DNA of 58,317 bases from a virus (lineage: Duplodnaviria > Caudoviricetes), in the IMG/VR virus record IMGVR_UViG_3300031774_000014, positions 1-58,317 of that record. One strand, given 5' to 3'. Positions 46,703 through 54,160 of this stretch are shown here, piece by piece; position 1 is the stretch's first letter; every line of letters begins with the position of its first letter. A model generated the notes under the pieces. That model ran no database searches. It had not been told where the DNA came from and was given only the letters and a program-made list of their open reading frames with translations. The translations under genes were made by a program, and so were the position numbers.

Positions 46703-47112
46703 GATATATAGGCGGTTACTTGGTTGTGTGATAATAAAACTTCATCTGCATAGTATACAAAACTTTCATCCTTCTTGTCAACAAAAGTTTCATACTTATA
46801 GGGGTTGTATGTTACCTCAACTTCTCTAGTGGCAACTTGGGGATTGCGGGATACATTCTCAGCATCCTGAAGATAACCCTTGACAAAAGCATGGACATTC
46901 TTACGCTTCTCACGAAGAACCTTTTCTCTGCCCTTGATGTCAACATGGAAATAGCAATCCCAAAGTCCAATACTTTCTCCCCTGGGAATGTGAGCCTTAA
47001 CTAAACCATGTTGCTTGATGCTCCAACAATCCTTGTGTAGATTCTTGTAAACATATACGGGGCGATTCTTTTTAATCGTGTATCTTGGGTCTTGTTGGTT
47101 TCTCTTAATCAT
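46699..47112 (-). CDS. Conserved phage hypothetical protein (137 aa)
   Basis: VY.NLHK..WSI, GR..VL.EKRKNVHAFV.G, V.YNPY motifs; repeat copy 6 at -66. Confidence 0.85.
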   Translation of the reverse strand: MIKRNQQDPRYTIKKNRPVYVYKNLHKDCWSIKQHGLVKAHIPRGESIGLWDCYFHVDIKGREKVLREKRKNVHAFVKGYLQDAENVSRNPQVATREVEVTYNPYKYETFVDKKDESFVYYADEVLLSHNQVTAYIS

Positions 47113-47177
47113 ATAACTACAATAAGGTAGTTTTTTAATAACTGCAAGAAAAAAATGCGATTAAATGAAAATAGTTG

Positions 47178-47244
47178 TAAACCGTTGAGTACCAACACTT
47201 TATGGCGCCCGGGGCGCCGTAAGTCATTGACTATCAACAACTTA
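47178..47244. repeat. 67-bp double-dyad element, copy 6
   Basis: TAAACCGTTGAGTACCAACACTTTA-TGGCGCCCGGGGCGCCG-TAAGTCATTGACTATCAACAACTTA. Confidence 0.93.
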
Positions 47245-47260
47245 TGAAACTATGTGGCAC

Positions 47261-47288
47261 AAAAAAACCCCCTCCCGAAGGAGGGGGC
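47261..47288 (-). terminator. Intrinsic terminator
   Basis: CCCCCTCC-TTCG-GGAGGGGG + T7. Confidence 0.9.
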
Positions 47289-47310
47289 GAACCAACAACA
47301 TATAACTAAC

Positions 47311-48183
47311 CTATAAAACCTCTACCAACTCGCCTTCTTCAACCTCCATGTCAAGAGTATTGTCGACATGATTATTGATATCGAAACTAACTTCGCCATC
47401 GAGAACAGAATGCAAAGCATCTGACCTATTAGGAAGCTGAACAAGATTGCCCTTGTACACTTCTGTGAAAGCATTGTAAAGAGAATTAACATTGCGATCC
47501 CAAAATTCGGGATGATCGGAAGACTCCCATTGATCGACAACATCAATGATTTTAGATTTCGGCAATGCCCCTGCTTTGCAGGCGCGAATTACTATATCAT
47601 TAGCTTGTGCATTGCTAATCTCTAAATTCTTGTAAGCCTCTATTCTTGAGTCTTGACCATGCCAAAAGCCAAAAAGCTTACCGAGTGCGCGATTGATTGT
47701 AAAATCAAGATCGTTAAGAATGTTTCGAGTATGACGACGCGCAAGCTTGATCGTATTGGTAAAAATTAAATTGTCACAAACAAATGGCGCGTCACCTGCA
47801 CACAATCCCGCAGGAAAAGTTTTGTCGTGAGAATTGCGGATGCCAACTACACAACCACGATCAGTTGAAACCCTGTTAGGGTGATCAACCGAAAATAATC
47901 CGAAGTAATGCTTGCGATCCCTAGCAAGAGAGTGAACCTCATCTTGAATCGTAAAACCATTGGAATCAAGAAACCCTTTGGTGCGCTCAACTACATCATG
48001 GTGAGCGATAGGTTGGTAAGAAACGGCTCGCTCGCCATTGGCATTTTCTTTTTTGCGATACTCTACGGGTGGAGTAGGAACTCCAACAACTTGGTCAAAT
48101 TCTACAAGAGTACGATTACCTCCGCAGATGTTAAGGTTAACAGATTTGCGAGGAGCGGTAGTGATGTTTTGTTCGTTATTCAT
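47311..48183 (-). CDS. DUF932-family protein
   Basis: YQPI.H, IRNSHD, G...FVC.N, RRHT motifs. Confidence 0.75.
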   Translation of the reverse strand: MNNEQNITTAPRKSVNLNICGGNRTLVEFDQVVGVPTPPVEYRKKENANGERAVSYQPIAHHDVVERTKGFLDSNGFTIQDEVHSLARDRKHYFGLFSVDHPNRVSTDRGCVVGIRNSHDKTFPAGLCAGDAPFVCDNLIFTNTIKLARRHTRNILNDLDFTINRALGKLFGFWHGQDSRIEAYKNLEISNAQANDIVIRACKAGALPKSKIIDVVDQWESSDHPEFWDRNVNSLYNAFTEVYKGNLVQLPNRSDALHSVLDGEVSFDINNHVDNTLDMEVEEGELVEVL

Positions 48184-48227
48184 AATGTTGATAATATAGT
48201 AATGATTGTTTTTGTCAATGGTTAATT

Positions 48228-48461
48228 TTAATTGTTGTAAGTTTTTTTTAGTTGGTCGTAGGCATAAGCTTTTCCTGCGATACTTTCAAAAACTTCTTTT
48301 AATAAAGAGTAGCCTAATAAATCCCTAGCATCTAAATCTGCTTTGTCAATGATATTGGTCTCTAATAATTCAGTCGCTGTATCCATTGCTTGTATGGAAT
48401 CTAAATTACTAAAGTCGATCTCTGTGTCGTCTTCGTTGTGTGAGTTAGGTATATAATACAT
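48228..48461 (-). CDS. Hypothetical protein (77 aa)
   Basis: Acidic ORF overlapping upstream 41-aa ORF. Confidence 0.7.
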   Translation of the reverse strand: MYYIPNSHNEDDTEIDFSNLDSIQAMDTATELLETNIIDKADLDARDLLGYSLLKEVFESIAGKAYAYDQLKKTYNN

Positions 48462-48570
48462 AATTTTTCTTGTGTTTAAGTTTGCGGTCTAAAACTTTGT
48501 TATTCATCTTGAAGGCTCTTGCCTTAGTGAAAAGGATTGGTTTTCTTACTTTTACTTCTCTCGCTTTCAT
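48445..48570 (-). CDS. 41-aa highly basic peptide (not in ORF track)
   Basis: TTGCTA-17-TAGTAT-6-ATG; MKAREVKVRKPILFTKARAFKMNNKVLDRKLKHKKNYVLYT; repeat copy 7 at -66. Confidence 0.75.
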   Translation of the reverse strand: MKAREVKVRKPILFTKARAFKMNNKVLDRKLKHKKNYVLYT

Positions 48571-48635
48571 ATATACATACTAGGCTAGTTTTTTAATTAT
48601 AGCAAGAAAAAAGTTCGACTAAATGAAAATAGTCG

Positions 48636-48702
48636 TAAGTCTTTGGCTATCAGGCGCTTATGGCGCCAGGGGCGCCGTAACCCCTTGACTATCAAAACTT
48701 TA
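48636..48702. repeat. 67-bp double-dyad element, copy 7
   Basis: TAAGTCTTTGGCTATCAGGCGCTTA-TGGCGCCAGGGGCGCCG-TAACCCCTTGACTATCAAAACTTTA. Confidence 0.92.
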
Positions 48703-48930
48703 TAAAACTTAATTTTAAAAAACAAAAATTTTAATAATAATTATTTTATATATTATTATGTATTGTATTTATTACATTGTATGTGTTGTTATTATGTATA
48801 TTTGGGAGTGATGTATTTAATGGTGAGGTATTTGTAAGCAATAGAGTTATTGTTTACAGAGTATAGTTGCGATAACGAGAGTGAGAATAATTTTAATGCA
48901 GATAATCATTAATAATTTTAATTGTAATTA

Positions 48931-48966
48931 AAAAGAAAACCCCGCCCCCAAAAATAGGGACGAGGC
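48931..48966 (-). terminator. Intrinsic terminator
   Basis: GCCTCGTCCCT...GGGGGCGGGGT (with G-U pairs) + TTTTCTTTT. Confidence 0.65.
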
Positions 48967-48979
48967 ATACATCATACAA

Positions 48980-49273
48980 CTAAAATGCTCTTAAAGATTC
49001 AATGGCTTGCTTAACTGCAAAAGGTACAAATGGAGAGGTGCTCATGCCATCTAATGTTCTTGCTGGAATTGATACATCACGAACATAGTCGCCCGCTTCC
49101 TCGACATAGTCCATTCGAGCTTTAGTGTCGCAAGCTTGAGCGATATATCTGTCGCATCCGCATCGGATAAGAAGTGGAAGGTTAGGCATCTCAACTTCTA
49201 ATAAGTCGAGATCTTCTTTAGTAACGAAACCAAATTGTTGTTTGGAGAGAACTTTTAATAATGTTTTAATCAT
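48980..49273 (-). CDS. Hypothetical protein (97 aa)
   Basis: TTGACG-17-TATTGT-6-ATG. Confidence 0.8.
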   Translation of the reverse strand: MIKTLLKVLSKQQFGFVTKEDLDLLEVEMPNLPLLIRCGCDRYIAQACDTKARMDYVEEAGDYVRDVSIPARTLDGMSTSPFVPFAVKQAIESLRAF

Positions 49274-49310
49274 AAGAACACAATAACGGATTGAACGTGT
49301 CGCGTCAAAT

Positions 49311-49356
49311 AAAAAACCCCTGAATAGGAATTAAATTACTGACCTACTCAGGGGTT
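49311..49356 (-). terminator. Intrinsic terminator of putative ncRNA
   Basis: AACCCCTGAGTAGG-loop-CCTATTCAGGGGTT + T-run. Confidence 0.75.
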
Positions 49357-49373
49357 GGGTGATGGGGAAAGGG

Positions 49374-49661
49374 TGTGGGGAGGGACTACTAAATACCCTC
49401 GACTTTCGGTGTGAACTTTAGTTCAGTGGTTATCCTAATCGAACTACACTTGGATTGGTCATCCTACTTCAGACATTTGTCCATCAGTACCCCGCCACAG
49501 AGAAGCATATACCTTATCTCGAACACAAAGAGATTACTCGGTCACCCACAGGAAGGATTATAAGCCCTTCCAAAGTTTATTTGAACTAAAATTAATTCAA
49601 ATTTAAAATGTAAAAGATCAATTATTTTATTTACTTGAGTTTGTTTCTCAATTTTGATTAT
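49374..49661 (-). ncRNA. Putative structured non-coding RNA (family not recognised)
   Basis: Own promoter (TTGACA 49691-96, TATTAT 49668-73), boxA-like TGATCTTTTACATTT, several hairpins, closing UGUGGG/CCCACA helix, terminator, no ORF. Confidence 0.6.
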
Positions 49662-49704
49662 GTATATATAATACTATATATTTGGTTATTTGTCAAGTAT
49701 TGTT

Positions 49705-49896
49705 TTAAGCTTTTGCTAACTTTAATGCTCGCGCGGCTTTGATTTCCTTGAGCCTACGATCTGCTTCGCGTTGTTGTGCGAAGATACTATCGGTAACTAC
49801 CGATCCGAAGTTGGCGAACTTTGCTCCACGGATATAACTTCCGCTTTTAACATTGTTCATAATTGAAGTGGCTTGTGCGCATTTTGCTATGTTCAT
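49705..49896 (-). CDS. Basic hypothetical protein (63 aa)
   Basis: TTGACA-17-TATAGT promoter with short leader. Confidence 0.75.
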   Translation of the reverse strand: MNIAKCAQATSIMNNVKSGSYIRGAKFANFGSVVTDSIFAQQREADRRLKEIKAARALKLAKA

Positions 49897-49960
49897 AATA
49901 ATATTGTGTGAGTGATTGATGGTTAATATAAAACTACTATAATAGAGGATATGAGATGTG

Positions 49961-50398
49961 TCAAGTGGGAAAATACTCTAATTTATCTAAGCATGGTTCA
50001 TGCTTGTCGATATGATCTAGGTATCTTTGAATTTCGTGTTCAACGCGAAACCAACTCTCATTGGATGCAAAGAAAGATAATTCGCTCACAAAATTGCACC
50101 AATTATCGCAAACTGAGTAAACAAGGCGATCTTCTTCTTTATCTTTGGGATGATTATATATAAATGGTTTGGCGCACCAATTTCCACTATCTTCAAATGA
50201 TAGACCTAGTCTCGCATAAGGAGAAAGAGTTGATGCCCAATCGATTTCTGTTGCAAACAAAGCATCAGTAAACCATTCTTTCTTATCTTGTGAATCGAAT
50301 TCATTCCAATCAGGAGTTTCTTCGTCTTGCTCAATCCAAGCAACTTCTTTGTGGCAAATCTCTTTAATTTTATTTACAATTAATTTTATGTCTCTCAT
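49961..50398 (-). CDS. Hypothetical protein (145 aa)
   Basis: TTGACA-17-TATAGT promoter, AAAGGA SD. Confidence 0.8.
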   Translation of the reverse strand: MRDIKLIVNKIKEICHKEVAWIEQDEETPDWNEFDSQDKKEWFTDALFATEIDWASTLSPYARLGLSFEDSGNWCAKPFIYNHPKDKEEDRLVYSVCDNWCNFVSELSFFASNESWFRVEHEIQRYLDHIDKHEPCLDKLEYFPT

Positions 50399-50455
50399 AT
50401 TTTCCTTTCGTTGGTGATTAATGAAACCCTACTATATAGGGGTGCAGAAGTAATG

Positions 50456-50713
50456 TCAACCCCCTTTTTGTAATAATCTGCATTCTTTTAGGATTTGTTT
50501 CAATTTAAAAAATGCTTGGTCGGGCGGAAACAACTTAGCGTTAGCTTCAGAAGTGGTCGAGCGATATAAATCTTCCACGAACTCCTCTGCTTTAACCAAA
50601 TTAATTAAAGTAATTTCTTTTGTAGTTAATTTATCATACATCTCTTCTTTTGAATCGAATAGACCTATGTTTTTAATTTCTTGTTGTTCTGCTATGTTTT
50701 TAATTTCTGTCAT
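50456..50713 (-). CDS. Hypothetical protein (85 aa)
   Basis: TTGACA-16-TATAGT-7-ATG. Confidence 0.75.
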   Translation of the reverse strand: MTEIKNIAEQQEIKNIGLFDSKEEMYDKLTTKEITLINLVKAEEFVEDLYRSTTSEANAKLFPPDQAFFKLKQILKECRLLQKGG

Positions 50714-50801
50714 ACCTACTACTATATGGAGTTATATTTTAATGTCAATACCTTTTATTAAATAAAGTTAAATCAAATCAAATTTAATTTTAATTAACTT
50801 A

Positions 50802-50826
50802 TAAGTTATTGATTATTAAGGCTTTA
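50802..50826. repeat. Single degenerate 25-bp dyad box of the 67-bp family
   Basis: TAAGTTATTGATTATTAAGGCTTTA matches TAA-N4-TTGA-N3-TYAR-N4-TTA. Confidence 0.5.
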
Positions 50827-51094
50827 TGATGCCCTAGAGTAAACTAAAATGTTGTGTCCCCTGTGTCCCGATTATTTATTTGCAAAAATTTCTTTTACAA
50901 TTATTTCGGGGCGTGTACTATTTGGCATGAGACATATTATAATTCGTTATTTAGTGAAAGAACTAAAAAAAGGCATGATCCATTATGAAGTTAATGGAAC
51001 TCCAGAAAAGAGGATGTTTAGAATAAATTCGTTAGCGGTATATCAATACACAAAGCTAACTAAAATTAAAAAATGTAAATTATTTATTAAAATT

Positions 51095-51391
51095 TTATTC
51101 AAAATTATTTTGAACAAGTAGTTTATCTTGTATCATATCATTAATATAATACTCATTATCGAATAAACCTTTAATGCTTTTGCCGTTATTTGTGAGTTTA
51201 TTTAACTCGTTTTTAACTTGAGTTATTTCGACTTCTGCGAGTTCTAATACCTGTTTCTTGGTTATTTTCTCGCCTGTCTCTTGGTTTATTAATCCCTTGC
51301 GACCATCGACTTCCTTGTGGAGTCGTTGAGCTTCCGCTTGTAAGGTCAACAGATCATCAAGACATTTATTTATTTGTTTTGCAGTATTCAT
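51095..51391 (-). CDS. Hypothetical protein (98 aa)
   Basis: TTGACA-17-TACATT-6-ATG. Confidence 0.8.
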   Translation of the reverse strand: MNTAKQINKCLDDLLTLQAEAQRLHKEVDGRKGLINQETGEKITKKQVLELAEVEITQVKNELNKLTNNGKSIKGLFDNEYYINDMIQDKLLVQNNFE

Positions 51392-51494
51392 AATTCAAAT
51401 GTACACAACAGATAGTTATTTGTCAAGCCCCGAATAATATATTATATTTAAAAATTATTAAACAAAATTTTAATTTAAATTATTTGGGTGCTAT

Positions 51495-51740
51495 TCATTT
51501 GTATTTCTTTATATTAAATGGGGGGCATAAGCATACTATGTTATTTGGGATGTCTAGTATTGGTTCTATAATCAATGTGGCATAAACCTCCTCATCGTTG
51601 TCTGCTTCATACCAATCAACACTATTAAGGATGTGTGTCGGCTCGATAGGGTTATCGCCCTTAGCCCCGAAGATATGCACGAACTCTGCCCCTAGGCAAG
51701 CCTCTACATGGGCTACACTCGCTTTTCCTGCATCATCCAT
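51495..51740 (-). CDS. Hypothetical protein (81 aa)
   Basis: Higher-GC ORF in AT-rich surroundings; weak promoter upstream. Confidence 0.55.
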   Translation of the reverse strand: MDDAGKASVAHVEACLGAEFVHIFGAKGDNPIEPTHILNSVDWYEADNDEEVYATLIIEPILDIPNNIVCLCPPFNIKKYK

Positions 51741-51824
51741 ACCTAAGTATACTAAATTATTATTTGGCTTAAATCAATTAAAATATGCCAAACTACTCTA
51801 AAAGATATTAAAACAAATTAAAAT

Positions 51825-52134
51825 ACTTTATTTGAATTAAAATTTATTATAATTATTTGGGGGCTATTCAATATACTTTGTTCAGACTTGTTACCTCTTG
51901 CCCCGCCACTTTATTTGAATTGTTTTTATTTAAAGTTAATTTTTAATTAATATATATGCACAAAATATTGTTAAAGCTATTGTTATAAACACTTTATTTG
52001 AATTAAAATTTATTCAAGTTATTTTGTTTATTGCTTTTAACTTCTTTATCTTCCATTATTGGATAGCCAAATTTATTATATTTTATTTTTTGTTCAATTA
52101 TTTCGGGGCTATTATTTTTATTTGAATAAAATTT
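51825..52134. repeat. AT-rich direct repeats ACTTTATTTGAATTAAAATTTATT and variants
   Basis: Identical 24-mers at 51825-51848 and 51991-52014; partial copies at 51908 and 52117. Confidence 0.7.
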
Positions 52135-52638
52135 TTGTTTAATTAATTTATAAAAGCTATTGAATTTTGTTTTTAGTTTGTTTGTTTTCATTGAGTAGAT
52201 TTTTTTTTTAAGTTAAAAAAGTTAATTTGAATAAAATTTTGATAGAATTAAGTCCGCCACATCACATTTTAACCTATTTTTAATATTCACACAGGGATTT
52301 TTGTATTTGGTCTATATATAGTCTATTATACTAGGGGTAATGGATGTGTTGTTATCATTGAAGGTAATTATAAAGGAATTATAAATAAGGTTCAATGAAA
52401 TTATAAAAAAGGTTTCCGCTTTTATGTGGTTACGGAATAGGCGATGAAACTAACCACAAGCAACAAATAACTCGCGCCACAATGCCTTGTTGGAAGATTA
52501 AATAGGAGTATAATCAACCAAAATTTTTATTATATATTTACAATTTTAATTTTTTAATTATTGTTATTTTGTTTTTTATTATCTTTATATGTATAAGCCC
52601 TAATATTAGAGAATAGTTTTCTTACTATGTAGGTTAAA

Positions 52639-52914
52639 CTACTTGTTATCATCTCTAACGATTCCATTTATGGCATTATATTCATCCACTACTTGTATAA
52701 GTTTGTTCGTAGACTCTACCATTTCTCTTTCAGCTTCGATTGCTCCTTCGTGCTTCTTTAGGAAAGCAAGAAATTCGGGAGTAGGTTCTTTGCCGTCAAA
52801 TTTAAAGTTTCGCTTTTGAGCTTCCTTGATCATTTCACCATGACCACTCATTTTAAAGGTAGCGTTACGAAATGCAACCGCACTTTCCACAATTTTATCT
52901 TTAATATCAGACAT
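52639..52914 (-). CDS. Hypothetical protein (91 aa)
   Basis: Directly downstream of rIIB. Confidence 0.75.
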   Translation of the reverse strand: MSDIKDKIVESAVAFRNATFKMSGHGEMIKEAQKRNFKFDGKEPTPEFLAFLKKHEGAIEAEREMVESTNKLIQVVDEYNAINGIVRDDNK

Positions 52915-52916
52915 AA

Positions 52917-54026
52917 TTAATTAATCTCAAATAAATATAATGGTTTATCTTCATTTACTAATACATTGTAATCTGTATCATTGTCAACTATATCTTTGAT
53001 TTGAGAACAAGTTAAATTTCTATCTCTTGATGCTTTAATGTCGGCAAGATGTTTTAATGTCACCTTTTGCCCCGAAGTTAGACGATTACCAATATAAATA
53101 TTATATGTAGTAACTAGATCAAGGTCTAAGTTATCATCTTCTTCGTAATCATCTTCTTCATCTACATAATCATAGTCATCTTCATAGTCATCTTCTTCAT
53201 CATCGATAAAGTTTATATCATTATCTGACCCATAGATAGGTTGATTAGCCTCATAGACAGGTCTACTTAACTCTTTCTTTTGGTCAGTAATGTCTGCGAT
53301 CACATTATACTTGGAAACTCGCAATTTTTGGAAGTTGCAATCAGTAGGAACTGAAACTGCATCAGCAGGATCAAACTCTACAAGAAGCAATTTACCATCT
53401 TCGCCCGACCAACCACTAGCATAATCGAAACTACCAACATGAAGACCGAAAGAACAATGATTGTCCTTGTTGTCATCTACACAACGACGTGCAACCTCGA
53501 TAGTCGCGCCAACTTCATTGAGAATTTGGTGACGTTCATTGGTTTCACCTTGTACAACAATGGTATCTGCATTGCCTGTTGAAGACCAATAGTCGGATTG
53601 TACACCTTTGTAGCCCAAAACTTTACCTTCGGGAGTGGTTGGAAGAGACTTGTAGCCCAAAAATGTATACAATTCCGCAACACTATTAGCACTTGGATTG
53701 GCTTGCAATCGAGTAATAAAGTTTACGATTGGAGCAGAATCTTTCATTCCACTACGAAGCATATCAATAAGCTTGTCGACAACAACGCCATGCAAGCGAT
53801 GACCTTTATAATAAACAACCTCATCCTTGATCTCAATATCGCCTTGAACAAAGTTCTCGATTGACTTTTTAATGTCGAGCAGATCACCTAGATCGTCATA
53901 TCTAGCTTCAAGCAATGCTTTGTTAGCTAGTTCAAAGTTGGCATTTTCCTTACGTAATGTATAAGGTTTGCCTTCCCAAAAGATGGTGAGTGAATTTTCG
54001 CTTGTAATATATGGTACTTGTTTCAT
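52917..54026 (-). CDS. rIIB: rIIB-like protein
   Basis: NPS......ELY.FL, P.T..G..L.YK.V, V...R..VDD.....CS.GLH.G, P.D.VSVP.D....K.R; adjacent to rIIA. Confidence 0.88.
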   Translation of the reverse strand: MKQVPYITSENSLTIFWEGKPYTLRKENANFELANKALLEARYDDLGDLLDIKKSIENFVQGDIEIKDEVVYYKGHRLHGVVVDKLIDMLRSGMKDSAPIVNFITRLQANPSANSVAELYTFLGYKSLPTTPEGKVLGYKGVQSDYWSSTGNADTIVVQGETNERHQILNEVGATIEVARRCVDDNKDNHCSFGLHVGSFDYASGWSGEDGKLLLVEFDPADAVSVPTDCNFQKLRVSKYNVIADITDQKKELSRPVYEANQPIYGSDNDINFIDDEEDDYEDDYDYVDEEDDYEEDDNLDLDLVTTYNIYIGNRLTSGQKVTLKHLADIKASRDRNLTCSQIKDIVDNDTDYNVLVNEDKPLYLFEIN

Positions 54027-54120
54027 AATTTTTAATCTGATTGTTTAATTGTTATATATCCTACTATATAGATTAATGTTGTTTTGTCAATAGTTTTTTT
54101 TCTGATTTCTGTTTTTTTTA

Positions 54121-54160
54121 AAAAGTTTGGGGAAAGGGAGCAATCACTCCCCCTCTCCCC
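54121..54160 (-). terminator. Hairpin/terminator at end of rIIA
   Basis: GGGGAGAGGGGG...CTCCCTTTCCCC followed by AAACTTTT. Confidence 0.45.

Noticed and set aside
39937-48702. 67-bp repeats as a CRISPR array or mini-array
   Set aside because: Linker is only 17 bp and nearly constant, copies are separated by kilobases of genes, and no cas genes are present
39937-48702. Repeats as integron attC sites or a structured RNA family
   Set aside because: No RYYYAAC/GTTRRRY ends and no integrase in window; substitutions within boxes are mostly non-compensatory, favouring a dsDNA binding site
50849-52191. ORFs 50849-51121 (+) and 52003-52191 (-)
   Set aside because: K/I/N/F-biased low-complexity translations overlapping AT-rich repeats; insufficient support
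53130-53210. Asp/Glu/Tyr low-complexity repeat in rIIB
   Set aside because: Looks like an ordinary acidic linker expansion; nothing supports a separate function
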